Positions 25,951 through 38,628 of a stretch of DNA of 64,000 nucleotides are shown here, one piece after another. The notes under the pieces were generated by a model. That model made no database searches. It saw nothing but the letters and a program-made list of their open reading frames with translations, and was not told the DNA's origin. Source of the DNA: Podarcis erhardii (Eukaryota); the NCBI GenBank assembly GCA_964252035.1, contig OZ176202.1. One strand, 5' to 3'. A program made the translations under genes and the position numbers. Position 1 is the first letter of the stretch, and each line of letters opens with the position of its first letter.

Positions 25951-28676
25951 CTCTGGAACATATCAGAGGATCATGGGGGCTGCAATGGACCTAGGCCTTT
26001 ATTCAGCAGAGGGGCACTATTGAAACCATCTGATGTCAGTACAGGCAATGACCATTTTGAATACGTCCAAAGTACATGAGACTGTGCATGCACGCATTGC
26101 TGCAATCTGGTAGGGATAGAGCAGGCTCACACATGCTCTGTAAACATGCACAGGGGTCAGGAACACAACCCCTGTGCAAAACGGTCATTGCTGGTACAGA
26201 ATAAACATTCAATGCTTGCCACCTTGGCCCCTTTGAGAGGGAAGGCAGGATGCAAATTAAATAAATATTTGATTTCAGCATTGTTGATTGAAATGTTGTA
26301 GACACTTCTGGTTGCTTGCGGAGAAGCCATATTGTTTTTGTAGTAGACTTTTTATTATAAGAATGTATAAAGGTTTTGAATCTAAAAGTCCTTCATGCCT
26401 ACTAGAGTGTTAACTGGGGGAAGGAGTGTTACAGATTAAAGGTGGAAGTGTAGCTCACATGGCAATCTTTTTCAAATGACAGGCATCCCTTGCTGTGCAT
26501 GCAGCCCCACTTAAAGCGACAGCATCCTTTTGGGTCACACATTCCTATTTGAAGTAGCTGTAACAAAGTGAAATTAACCACCTAGTTACACAAGTACATA
26601 CAAACATCACCATCTGCTTATATTAAGAGCAAACTTAAATAAATTGTTTTCACTTTTCATCTGGGTCTTTGAGCTACACTTTGTCCTAAACTTAACCAAA
26701 GCTATTATTGGACGTTAAACTGAGAAAGAAGATGAAGGATACTGAGATACGCGGTGGCAACCGTAACAAAGGGTTAAGATGAACAAGTCACATTTAAAAT
26801 CAAAGGAGAAATGTTGTTATCCACCTGGGAATATCCATAAAGGGGCATTATGATACTAATCTCCATAGGCAGGTGTACTGCTATATACATACAGGTAATC
26901 AAGGAAAGAGGAGACAGGTGAAAGAACCTGATGGGAATCAAAAACAGATATCGTAACACAGGCATGGGAAAGCTTTCTGAGCAAGGACCACAACACCCTC
27001 ATGCCAGCGGTGGGAACGTCTGGAGGCAAAAGTGAGTGGAGCAACAGATGTGACTTTCACCTTGTGCAGTAGACTACATCCAAGCCATGAGAAAGCAGAA
27101 CACAGAAACACACTTCTCTACCCAGGCAAGCGAGAGGCCTTATCACAGTCCAAGGACACATTCCAGACTAGGCAAAAGAATTTGAGGAAGGCTGGTGAAG
27201 GGCCTGGGAAGAGTCTCAAAGGCCAGATAAAGAGGTCTGGGCGGCCTTGTTCAGCCCTCGAGTCTGAGGTTCCTTGCCCCTGCTCAAAAAGGTGAGGGGG
27301 AAGGGAATCAAAATAACCCACTTGTTGCACTGCAACAGGTTCCTTATAAGGACAGGTTAGATGGCAAGGATGAGTGTAGAGAAAATATTATTGAACGGTT
27401 GCATGATAAAGGTTTGCAAAGTTGCATGGGATATTGAGAACGTGTTCAAAGAGATACAATCCCTCTCTCATAGTGCTAGGAGTGGAGACCACACAAAGAA
27501 ACCGGCAGCAGCTTCAAAATAAACAAAGGAAAGCATCTAATTACTGCCACAAGATCTGGCAACAGGACTCTAAAGCTTAGGGTCTTACTACATGTTGCAA
27601 TTATTATGTGATTAGCAATTATGCCAAGGATTCTAAAAAGAAAATACGAGGCACCTCAGAGTGGTGGGGAGGATGGGTAATAGCCAGTGCTAGGTGGGGC
27701 TTAAGTCTTCCCTCCCCAGCTGCAATTCCCCACCACCCCCACCAATTTGCCCTCTAGCACGTTAGAAGTGAAAAAGACCAATTGCTGTGTATATTTGGAG
27801 AGACATACATTGCAGTGCCTCTAACCATCTCCTCCCTCCCCACCCCAGATGTAGAAACCCACTACATTGTTGAACTTACAGACTCCTTACGTAGCTTTGA
27901 AATGGAATTTAAAAAATATATACATGGTACAAAAAAAAGAACCTCTGGGCCCATAGATGGTTGTTTAGGGCAAACTGCCCAGTGGCACAGAGATTTAGGC
28001 TGGCTTAGAGAGTTTCCTAAAAAGTTCCATGAGACAAAATAACCTGGTTTTAACGTGGGGCATATCTGAGAAAGACAAGATATGCTTTATACACCTAAAT
28101 AGGATTAGCTCCACTCCAGAGGAGCCTCTGTGTCTTTGCTTTTTCCTCTAGGCATGAATGGCTATCATTCATTCTCATGAGGAGACATAAAGCCTGTACT
28201 TGGGGCAACAAGCAGCAGTGATCCCAAAGATCCAATGCATCCAGATACCCTTGCGCTCCAACCAGCTGGCAGGCACTTCAGAGCTACTCAGGAGGAGGGA
28301 GAAGCACATGGAAACACCTGCTTTGATCAGGGCCTGGCTGAGAGCCAGGAAGCAGGGGAGTCTCCAGTGCCTGCATAAGCTCCCAGTCTGAGCTGCTTCA
28401 CTGATGAGGCAACAGCTTTCATCTAAATTCCAGCCTCCTTGACCTGGGGAAATGGACAGTAAAGGTGCAATGGCCTGACAAAATGGTGCAGCCACCATTG
28501 AGGACTTCATGAAAGCAGATCAGTGTTCTACGAACTGCTGAACTGTGATGACAACAGTTGAAATTGAGCAAAACATTTGGGAGGTTTGAGAGGAAGCAGC
28601 AGAACCCAAACAGCTTCACTGAAGCAACTCATTTAGTTAAATTAGGAATGCATTAGAAAGCATTCTAAGCAGGATA

Positions 28677-28680
<4 letters not shown>

Positions 28681-28714
<34 letters not shown>
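28681..28714. repeat. (GT)n microsatellite
   Basis: Directly visible. Confidence 0.95.
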
Positions 28715-28719
<5 letters not shown>

Positions 28720-29012
28720 TGGCCTTTGGACTTAATGAGTGGCAAACTACTGCTCTTTATAGGATTGATAAATCTGGAGACACTGTTCTGCAGACCATTT
28801 GTACAAAATAAACAAAAATGGTTTCAGAATGCATGTACAACTCTAGGTCTACTGTTTTCTATAAAACCACATCCTGAGGAGCCAAACAGGTGTTGTAAGA
28901 AATACCACTTCCTGTTATAATGAGACTAATGTTTCTGTGTTGGCATCTGCTTTGAAAAATCCAAACCTTTACAGGAGAGTAAATTGTGTAAAAATAGTCA
29001 CAATGGCTAGAG

Positions 29013-29310
29013 TAGACTTTACCAACCAGTTGCCCTCTAAAAGTTTTGGACAAACTCCCATCATTACTGTCTGTTGGATAGCTCAGCTGGTTAGAGTGTG
29101 GTGATGACAATGCCAAGGTTGCAGGTTTGATCCCCGTATGGGACAGCTGCATATTCCTGCATTGCAGGGGGTTGGACTAGATGATCCTCAGGGTCCCTTC
29201 CAACTCAACAATTCTATGATTCTATGATCCCTGCCTGTTGGCCATGCTGACTGGGGCTGATGGGCATAGGAGTCCAAAACATGTGGAGGGCACCAGTTTG
29301 AGGAAGGCTG
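29013..29310. mobile_element. Palindromic hAT-type MITE interrupted by a SINE
   Basis: Left arm accaaccagttgccctct..aactcccatc and right arm gatggg..gtccaaaacat.tggagggcacc..ggaaggctg, separated by the SINE. Confidence 0.75.
29078..29230 (+). mobile_element. tRNA-headed SINE with CR1-like 3' tail (lacertid type)
   Basis: A box tagctcagctgg, B box ggtttgatccc, tail ggttggactagatga..(ttctatga)2; approximate 11-bp TSD ctg(t/c)ctgttgg. Confidence 0.85.
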
Positions 29311-29477
29311 GCTACACCTTACAGAGTTTCGCACAGCATAGGGCAAGGAATTAGAGCAATGACAGCCAGACTGCTGACTCTAGCTGCATACACACTTTTC
29401 ATTCTAGAATCAATGAAGACTCAGTACTTGTTTTTTTTTCCTATGCAGTCATACACACAACCTAAATCTAGTGTGGA

Positions 29478-29826
29478 GTACCGCTGCCCGAAGGCCAGTC
29501 GTGTCCGACTCTAGGGTTGTGCACCCATCTCACTCTATAGGCCGGGGGCCAGCGCTGTCCGGAGACACTTCCGGGTCACGTGGCCAGCGTGACGAAGCTG
29601 CTCTGGCGAGCCGGCACCAGAGCAGCACACGGAAACGCCGTTTACCTTCCCGCTAGAAAGCAGTACCTATTTATCTACTTGCACTTTATGGGTGCTTTCG
29701 AACTGCTAGGTGGGCAGGAGCTGGGACTGAAAGACGGGAGCTCACCCTGCCGCGGGGATTCGAACCGCCGACCATGCGATCGGCAAGCCCTAGGCACTGA
29801 GGTTTTACCCACAGCGCCACCCGCGT
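29478..29826 (-). mobile_element. Sauria SINE (second subfamily), reverse strand
   Basis: Reverse complement of the Sauria head (ggattcgaaccgccgacc..acagcgccacccgcg); 3' body differs from the 3585 copy. Confidence 0.88.
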
Positions 29827-29995
29827 AATGGTTAGAGTGTTGGAATAAGACCTGGGAGAGCAGGGTTCCAATCCCCACTCTGCCATGAAATTCCCTGAGT
29901 GACCTTGGGCCTGTCACTGTCACCATCCTACCTCACAAGATTGTTGTGAGGATGAAATGGGGAAGAGAAGAACCGTGTACACTACATAAGAGCCC
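29827..29995 (+). mobile_element. MIR/CORE-like tRNA-derived SINE (5' end split by the Sauria SINE)
   Basis: tggttagagtgttgga..gggttccaatcccc..gtgaccttggg..cctacctcaca..ttgttgtgaggatgaaatgg. Confidence 0.7.
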
Positions 29996-30295
29996 CAGAA
30001 GCACTTCAATTATGTAACCTAAATTTGCAGGTATACAGTTGAATCATACCTGCAAAAAAGCCACAGCCTGAAAGCAGCCTAGATACCCTTACAATATATG
30101 CAGTTATAGGTTGAGCGCCAGTATCAAATTTCAAAACAAACACAGACATTATATGTCAGGTACTATGGATCATGAAGAATAAATGCCAAGAAAGAAGGAC
30201 AGTAAGTAAGAAGGATGATGGTTGGTTAAGGTAAAGCTTCAACTTCGTGTTTAGCTTGCTGTGATGATAATCAACACGAGCACCATCTATTTTAC

Positions 30296-30462
30296 CTGGC
30301 TGCAATGAGATCCAGAAGATGCTGCCATCTGTCATTGACCTTGCCAAGTTTGTACTCAATCTCCAAAGCTTTGCTTTCATGGCTTGCTTTAGCAAGTCGC
30401 TCTCCCATTTGCTGGAGCTGGACTTTATTCTCTTGAGCGACCGCAATTTCATCTTGATAATC
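30296..30462 (-). CDS. SYNE1: SYNE1 exon (DYQDEIAVAQENK...DLIAA), 167 nt, phase 0/2
   Basis: ATCCAG acceptor, CAG|GTAAAA donor. Confidence 0.96.
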
Positions 30463-30777
30463 CTGGATGACAGAGGGATTGAGAGAGATCATAAAGCTTA
30501 TTCACAATACCCTCCAGCTGAAGACTATAATAAAACAAGTACTTTGTAATGCTTGTTTCAACAAAGCCTTGCAGAACATTTAAATCATACAGTAGCTAAA
30601 ACAACGTTCCTTCCTATTGCTTACCTAGCAGCAATGACATAATGACATAATAAGAATGAAATACAAACACAAATTATTTCACTAGATTATTTCCAAGTGC
30701 TTACCTAGTTTAATGTAACTGTGTAAACTGAGAATGTTTGAAGAAAGGTGTACAAAAGAAATTCAGAAGCACTTTAC

Positions 30778-30936
30778 CTTTTTGAGTTTTTCTATCATTT
30801 CTTCAATGAGGATATCTCCATTTTGGGAAACTTTACTCTCCATTTGTGTCAACCATTCACAGAGCTCCTTGTTCTTCTCACTGAAGACTGCCCACTCATT
30901 CAGTCTCTCACTCACTTGCTGCCGTCTCAAGGAAAC
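30778..30936 (-). CDS. SYNE1: SYNE1 exon (VSLRRQQVSERLNEW...EKLKK), 159 nt
   Basis: TTTAAAG acceptor, AAG|GTAAAG donor. Confidence 0.96.
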
Positions 30937-31506
30937 CTTTAAAATGTGTAAAAAGGAAATAAATAAATAACACTGTAACAAAAACAGAGTCCTTGAGCTG
31001 CTGTACAGGTGTTTCTGCACTGAAGAGAGAAGTGCAGACAAAACCTTTCACGACTCCTTTAACAGCTTAATGATCATGGTTAATCTCAGGATACTTCTGG
31101 ATCAAATCCCATTTAAGTCGGGAAGGCATCTTCAAATACTGGAGGTCACACAAAGATGAACTGTAGTCTTCAGTATTATGCACAGGCTCTGTTCTACTGT
31201 CCTAGGTGTGCTGAGGTAAGGACATCCCCATATAAGCTGAAAGGGTGTCCTAGAACCTTCCTACAAGTCAATATTTCTGTGTGGCAGCAGCAAGGCCTTG
31301 GTACCCCCTGTTTATTGACATTAGGCAGGCACCCTTGCTATACTGTTTTAGATGCCTGCTAAAATAAAATAAAATGATTTCAGCAATCCAACCCAGATAC
31401 ATAATTTAGTTATGTATACATGGGTTTTATTTTACATTTGCTGATTTTATATTGTTTTATGTACACTGCTTGGAGATTGTTTTAATTAACTGGTTTATAT
31501 TTTTTC

Positions 31507-31508
<2 letters not shown>

Positions 31509-31544
<36 letters not shown>
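31509..31544. repeat. (CA)n microsatellite
   Basis: Directly visible. Confidence 0.95.
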
Positions 31545-31550
<6 letters not shown>

Positions 31551-33185
31551 TAAAAATAAATAAATATAGGAGGCCAGTCTAGGTTTGCCTTGAGTTAACA
31601 TGAAACAGAGAGTTGCTATTTGAATTCATACTTTAGATTTGGGGGGGAGGACAAAAGTTATCTTAACATTTGGCAAGTGAGGAAGACTTCATCATGAAAG
31701 GAGACCTGAGGCAAACTTTAAGTCACTGCAGATCTAGACTGAAATACTTTTACTGCTCACACTAATAATTTAAACTGTATTTGCCCAACAGGCATTTTAA
31801 AAATAAAAGCCATGCAAGTAAATTGGCAACTCAATCCATAAATATGGCCACTATTGGCACCAGATTATATACAAGTAATATGCCCACAAGCCACAAGTCC
31901 CATGGATTTGCTTGTCCTTTTGTAGCCAACATACCTAAAGACATGAAGGATGACATCAAAAAAGAAATAAGCAGTAAGTCTTGGGGAGATAGTACAGCAG
32001 GAAAATAATAGGTGTCTGGTTTAACAAGATGACCCCTGCGTATGAAATCATAAGTACTCTGTTTTGATTTTAAAATGTAGACTAAAGGAAGATTAGGAAG
32101 ATTCAAGAAGATCTTGAGAGAAAATGCCCTGCTATTTTTCAAGACAATTGTATGACTACAATCTAACGGCATCCTACTTACTGCAGCTGTTTCATCTTTT
32201 CTATAAGTGCAGCTCCTTCTGAGTTTACATAAGCTTCTCCACTGAGGAAGTGAACACTTCATAAAATGACTGCAGCAGGCCCCCGTTTTTGTGTATTTTA
32301 AGCTGAGATGAAATGATACCCCATTTCCTTTTGCGGTTCTCCACACACTAGCATTAGCAAAAGTGTGGTTCTAGCAACCTTGCTTGTAAATTCTCCTCTA
32401 GCACACAGTATAACCATCAGATGGCAAAAGGCTGGTAAATCTAAGTTTGTAGCATGTCAATCGTTACTCTTTCTAATTGAATGAATAAAGTTAGGGGCTT
32501 CCCGGGCTGATGCAACTGTCTGTAACTTCTTACTGGTTCTCATATTGCACTGGAAGTTGCTTACTGGTTTAAGAGGGTTTGTTATTATTATTTTTAAATG
32601 ATGCTGTTTTCTACTCAAAATTGAAACTAATCCTACAATTGTTCTGCATGCTGTTCATGCATTCAGACCTTTCTATAACAAAAGCAGTATCATATGGAAG
32701 CCCCATCTGTATGACCCATCCCCAATGTATACATTTATTTTAGAACAATTGCAATAGACTATTATACAAAACAGAACTACAGATACACAAACACAAAGAA
32801 AGGGAACTGGTGGGGAGCAGGCACATGTAGCTGGGATTCAATCTCAAGTAAATTCTACTGTCTATTCATAGAAGTCCATACAAAGAGTCCCAACAGAGCT
32901 CCATTTGTGTCTAAGACAACCCCATAAGATTTTCAGCCAATGGGACTATGTCTCTTTATTACACATATACATACCAACTTTTCTTCAAGCAGCTCCTGGA
33001 GCTATATCAAGGCTGCTCAAGAGAGCTTCATTGTTGAGCAGGAAATTCTAACCCAAATTTCCCAAATCTGAACTCAACACTCCAGATGTTACACCACACT
33101 GCTTCTTTGCTCTGACCTAAAGGTTTGGTGCAACCTAATGGTGAATGCCCCCCCATTCCCCCCCCCATGAGTTATACTACTTTAC

Positions 33186-33341
33186 CTGGTGACACAGCTC
33201 TTCCCATTGTCTGTGCAGTAGTTCAATGCGCTCATTGAGAACTGATATATCGTCTGCACTGATAAAAGAGGACAGAGTCTCCTTCAACAGAGCTAGGTGA
33301 GCAAGATCATCTGTCCACCCCTCAGCAGCACTCTCTAGCTC
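33186..33341 (-). CDS. SYNE1: SYNE1 exon (ELESAAEGWTDD...ELCHQ), 156 nt
   Basis: ATCCAG acceptor, CAG|GTAAA donor. Confidence 0.96.
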
Positions 33342-33826
33342 CTGGATTGGAAGAAGAAATTCTATGAGGCATTGGAATATTTGAGAAATACACATTTATT
33401 ATTTGCTTTTGGTGATTCTGTGCAGTACTATAGAAGAGAAACCCTTTTCTAACATTAAATCATTATAATTAAATAAAAATAGTTATCAAAAGCTTCCTAT
33501 CATAAATAATAGCAACAAAAAACAAGTATCTGGGTTCTGGTTCTTTGGCTCAATTCAAACATTCTGGCTTTGAAACATCCTTCCCCCAGCACAGCTGATC
33601 TGATCAAACCTGGAGCCCTTCTATAGGCCTGATTTTAAGCAAAACTTGAGATGTTGGGACATCTGATCAAGCCCCCCCCCCCACATCTGGTTTGACTCTG
33701 TGGCCCAGTAGTATAAGCTAGCCTGCCTCATTTTCTGAACAATGGCTGCCACAGCCACTTTTATGCCATTGCAGCTATATAGCATCTCCTTTGGGGCCAG
33801 AGTCCCTTATGCAGGAGTGTTTTTAC

Positions 33827-33952
33827 CTTACAACGAATCTGTTCTGTGTGGAGTTCATCATGATGGTCTGGCAGTGGCTGGGAGAGCTTCTTCTTGAAGG
33901 ATTTTAACTTTTCCAGAGAATCTGCTATGCCTTTTTCACATTTCTCCCAGTC
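33827..33952 (-). CDS. SYNE1: SYNE1 exon (DWEKCEKGIADSLEK...IRCK), 126 nt
   Basis: CTTCAG acceptor, AAG|GTAAAA donor. Confidence 0.96.
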
Positions 33953-34165
33953 CTGAAGGGAGAGGGTGTGGGGAAAGACAATATGAATGTAATTTTCAGA
34001 ATCCGGGCAAGGAAAGAATACAGAGAATATGCAAAAAGAAAAGAAGAGAAAAGTGATGCAATTGGCCAATGCTTCCCTCAAAGTTACTCCAAGTGTTTTA
34101 ACTAGTTTGCACATAATCATGTAAAGTAGAGATGAGATCTTGTTCTCATTATATAAAGCAGGGCT

Positions 34166-34289
34166 GGGGGGGCATGGGTCCCTCTAGCTGTTGCTGGACT
34201 CCAACTTTCACCCACCTCAGCCAACATGAGCAGGGATGATTGGAGTTGTAGTCCAGCAACACCGGAAAGCCACAGGTCCCCACCCCTGA
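34166..34289. mobile_element. Palindromic MITE related to the hAT MITE family, diverged
   Basis: gttgctggactccaact..ggagttgtagtccagcaac inverted arms. Confidence 0.6.
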
Positions 34290-34409
34290 TATGAGAAGGC
34301 AGTTAGGAACAGAGACATGGACAGAGCTGGGGTCAGTGACTTTGTCTTTCTCACAGAGGCATAATAAAACAGCATTATTTGAAGTGGTGAATTCATTAAG
34401 TAAACTTAC

Positions 34410-34604
34410 TTTTAACAAGAATGTAAGCTGTTTCTTCTGTTCCTCAAGTTTGAGGCTAGCCAATTTCCAGCACTCCTGGATTTCTGAAAGTTCAGACTGT
34501 AGGGATGTTTCTGTCTCACCATCAGCACAGAGTAATAGCTGCTTCCCTCCTTCCACTGTTAAGATGTAGCTTCCTTGCTGGCGAAGGAGAACCTTTTCTT
34601 TAAG
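34410..34604 (-). CDS. SYNE1: SYNE1 exon (LKEKVLLRQQGSYIL...TFLLK), 195 nt
   Basis: TCACAG acceptor, AAA|GTAAGT donor. Confidence 0.95.
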
Positions 34605-35153
34605 CTGTGAAGACCAATGACATTCTTCTAGCATCATTCTGTTTTCCCCCACAATACTTTCTTTGATGGATCAGAACTATTCTAAATCCTAAACTATTAT
34701 AAGTACTCTTATTCTTTTTATCTAAAGAAGATTTTTTTTTTTTGCAATAGTCTTATGTCAAAGAAAGAACTAGTAGTATCTACAATAAAGAGGCACCTGC
34801 CAACAATTTCATTTGCTGTTCCTCAGGGCATGGAAGAAAGGGGGGAAATAACCTATTTTCTCTTTCCTCTCTCTTTTCTGCTCTCCCTTCTCTTTTTTTT
34901 TATGAATCCTTTTCATTTTTCTCTGTATCTTTCCCAAAATAACTCCCTTCCCCCTCTATCTTTTATCCCTCTACACACATGCCTCCTACTACTGGGAGGC
35001 CACCCCATATATTGAAAATGATAGTTAAAAAATGTGTTACCAAAATATGTGCAAAGCCTTTTTTTAAAAAAATTACATTTCACTGTTCCTTAGAATGCTC
35101 AGCAATTTACATCGGTCTCCCAGTTTCTCTCATACAGCACTTACAAAATACAG

Positions 35154-35289
35154 CAGGCATCCCCAACCTGCGGCCCTCCAGATGTTTTGGCCTACAACTC
35201 CCATGATCCTTAGCTAACAAGACCAGTGGTCAGGGATGATGGGAATTGTAGTCCAAAACATCTGGAGGGCCAAAGGTTGGGGATGCCTG
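35154..35289. mobile_element. Palindromic hAT MITE, young copy
   Basis: TIRs CAGGCATCCCCAACCT / AGGTTGGGGATGCCTG; perfect 8-bp TSD aaatacag. Confidence 0.92.
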
Positions 35290-35798
35290 AAATACAGGAA
35301 TGCTGTAGCATCAGCTACCCTTCGGAAATAGAATCTGATGCCTCCCTTCCCTTTCCCCATATTCAGTTTCAGAACTTTAGAGCTATTATCCTTTTCTTTT
35401 ACTGTTTATCAGCACAACTGCAGGAGTGACTCCTTTCATTGTCTTCTTTTATCCCAGTTACTACAAACTCCCAATACTTCATACCTATCTACACTATGAA
35501 TCTGTATATAAGATTTGAACTCGGCTGGTAAGCATTAAGGTTCAAGGACTCCCTAAAGAGGTACACCAAAGAAGTGCACCTGGAACAAGCCATTCACAGC
35601 AAATCTGGGGAATAAGCAGCAATTAGGTATGGCTAATGGGGAATCAGCCAGATGCTAGGCTGATATTTTTGATGACATCCTTTGTATGTATTTTATACCA
35701 ATTGCGGCTACAACTGATGAACGTATTCACTTTTTACTTACAGCAAAAATTGCGCTTAATTCCAGTTTTATAACTTTAAGGGCCTGCCAAGGTTTACC

Positions 35799-35876
35799 AT
35801 GAAGACAGAAGTGCCTGGCGTGCTCTGGTCCATGGGGTCATGAAGAGTCGGACACAACTAAACGACTAAACAACAA
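35799..35876 (+). mobile_element. 5'-truncated BovB tail (78 nt) inserted at a SYNE1 splice donor
   Basis: gaagacagaagtgcctggcgtgctctggtccatggggtcatgaagagtcggacac..(caa)n; 11-bp TSD caaggtttacc at 35788-35798 and 35877-35887. Confidence 0.92.
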
Positions 35877-35886
35877 CAAGGTTTAC

Positions 35887-36121
35887 CTGCATTTCATCCA
35901 GCAATGCTCTAGCCTGCTGCAGTGGTATAGGAACATTGCCCAGTCCAGTTGCTGTCTGACCAGACACTTCCACCAGCCACTTGCGCAATTTCTCTGCCAT
36001 CTCTCTGTAGCGTTGCCATTGGCGAATCTGACTGTCAATTATGCCCCGCCTCTGCTGGGCTCTGCGAATCACCCCTTGCCACTGATTACTGAGGAGGGCC
36101 AGTTTCAGATTAAACTCATCC
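35887..36121 (-). CDS. SYNE1: SYNE1 exon (DEFNLKLALLSNQW...LDEMQ), 235 nt, phase 2/0
   Basis: TTATAG acceptor, CAG|GTAAAC donor. Confidence 0.96.
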
Positions 36122-37449
36122 CTATAAGAAGAAACGACACAAAATGAAGGATTTTGATATCTGTCATTCAGCCAAACAGCACCAAGAGAGCTTCCAAAAA
36201 CTGTAGGGTCTGTGAACATGATAGGCTTTAATTTAACAAAAAACTGGTTGATGTCTGAGCTCCAATTCTAAGGTCTTATTACTGTACTTCTGGTGTGATC
36301 AGAGGAGCTAAAGCTAAGGCAGCTGGAATAGTCAGTACCTTTGTCTCTAAGGTTTCATTGTGATACCACAAAGTATCTGCAAATTTCTTTGAAAGAATCA
36401 GTGAGGGCAGATGAGGAGCAAACAAAAACAAAGTTCAAGGGTAAGATTAAAAAGACCGCAAAATTCCACCAGGCTTCTGATATGTCCTGTATACATATAT
36501 TCTATTTTATTGCTAGACATGGCAATTTAGTCATCTTGGCTTAAGCATTTATCAGCATATAAACACTTGTATGTTTTGTCTAGACCAGAGTATTTCTATG
36601 AGAACATTTTTCCTGAAGTGCATTGTTCTCAACACTCTAGGGATGAAAGTACCCCTGTGATTGTTCTTTAGGTTCACTCTGCTCCACCTTCCTTCTGAAT
36701 GAAGGTTAAGAATGTCAAAAGTAATTTTTGAAATCAACAAATGCAAAGTTTGCCACAGCTAGCAGTTCCTCCTGGTCACTTCTGATTTTTCCATCTGAGT
36801 AACTGACACGAACAATCACCTAAGTACATTGATAAAGCACAAGCTGAAAAAGAGTGTTTTGATGAAATTTATTCCTTTTTGTGCTGCTTGGCAATGCACA
36901 CAACTGCTTGTACATATCAGTAAGATGGAGGAAAAAGAGGGATAAACAAAAGTTGGTCAGATGTGGTCTCTTACAAAGTTCAGTTTTTAAAAAGCACAAT
37001 AATGAACTGAAGAAAAATAATGGCATAGCACTACTTCAGAAAGAAAAGCAGCATTCAAGAAGAACTTTTGTTGCCTAATATTTTCCCCCAGTGCCCAGGA
37101 AGCTTAAACCCAGCATTTACATCTCCCATATCTTCCAACTTCACCTTCATTAGAGAGTCAACTGGACTTTTGAAAAGGGAGTCCGAAAGGATGCTAAAGG
37201 AGGAAGAAAATTATTTGTAACTGTCTTCACTGTGGAAGATTTATTTTGTTTTATTTCTTATTCACCCTTTACCATAAGGTTCCATGGAAGCTTACAACAA
37301 TAAAATATACCATTTCAGATCACTGTGCCTGAACTAACTTTTTCCAGGAGAGGAATACAAGGAACTGTGGCCAACAGTGGTATCAAGAGAAAAGGTCCTA
37401 GGTGTTACTGACAGACTACTAGATCAACAATGGTAACACACAGGGCCCA

Positions 37450-37960
37450 GCTGACATCCTTAAGAAAGCAACTTCCTTATGAGGAAAGGTTACACCAATG
37501 GGAGCTTTTCAGTTGAGTAAGGAGGAATATAAAATAATTAAATTATGTATGGTGTGGAGAAAATGGAGCCCCCCAAAAGCTTTTCTCCCTCTTTCACACC
37601 TCTAGAACCTGGGATCACCCAATATAGCTCAATGCTGGAAGTCAGGACAGACAAAAGGAAGTACTTCTTCATGAATAATTAAACTTTTGGAATTTGCTAC
37701 CAGAGAAGATAGTGATGGCCACAAAACTGGACAGTGTTAAAAGAGGATTAGACCATGTCATGAAGGATAAGTCTGTCAATGGCTACTAGTTATCATGGGG
37801 ATGTACTACCTCCAGTTGGAAGTAGTATGTCTCTACAGACTAGCTGCTGGGAATCCCAAGTGCAAAGAGTGTTAATGTGCTCAGACTCTGCTTGGGGGCA
37901 TTCTGCAGGCCATGGAGGCTAGATTTTGGTCTAATTCAGAAGGCTCTTCTAGTATTCTAG
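37450..37960 (+). mobile_element. CR1 LINE 3' fragment, diverged
   Basis: ccttatgaggaaaggtt..ggacagacaaaaggaagtacttcttc..gtgatggccaca..aaaagaggattagac..caatggctactag. Confidence 0.75.
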
Positions 37961-38533
37961 TTGTAAAGGTTATAAGAAAGTTCTTCTAGGACAAGGCAGG
38001 GGGGAGCCTATTTTCCCTGGCAATTTGTGTTAGCACAAATAATGATTGGAAGGAAAAATGAAATGCTCTCATTAGGTATACTGCAATAATCTGAATATTG
38101 TATTTGCTGGTGTGGACAATTTCCCAGGCTATTCTTCTGAATGAACTATCCAATTTAACTTTCATTTGAAGAAGAACACAGTTGGCAGCTGGATGTCCAA
38201 ATGGTTATACAAGAAAGCAGTGGAAACAAATCAACAACAAAACCCTTCAGCCCACCCACCAGCTGGCTGTGGAAGCTTCTGTGCAGCAAAACAGAATGGA
38301 AATTGTGGTGTAGCTGGAATTAGTGTGTACACATTTGTGTGTGCAAAATGCCAGCAGTCCTGTGCTGACCTACTGCTAACTGAGCAACTGCTTTTTCAGA
38401 GGAAAAAACACAGAGGCATGTGCTCAGAAAATCCAACAAATTTTGCACTTTATGTGGTTGACACTTTGAATAGAACAGAGAACAGGGAAAAATTCTGCAG
38501 AATTATAAAGAGTCAAGTTCTGCACATTCTTAC

Positions 38534-38628
38534 CTGTCATCCACCTGTCCTTGCTCAAGAAGGTGCTGACCATCCATGATGATGGAATGTAAAATCTGCT
38601 GCCGACTAAACATCTCTGCTTGGAATAG
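38534..38628 (-). CDS. SYNE1: SYNE1 exon (LFQAEMFSRQQIL...GQVDD), 95 nt, phase 0/2
   Basis: CGCTAG acceptor, CAG|GTAAGA donor. Confidence 0.95.

Noticed and set aside
29078-29150. tRNA-like sequence with A and B boxes
   Set aside because: SINE head continuing into a CR1-like tail with a TSD; not a tRNA gene
31831-32346. 171-aa minus-strand intronic ORF
   Set aside because: No recognisable homology, no exon needed at this position, low coding-like character
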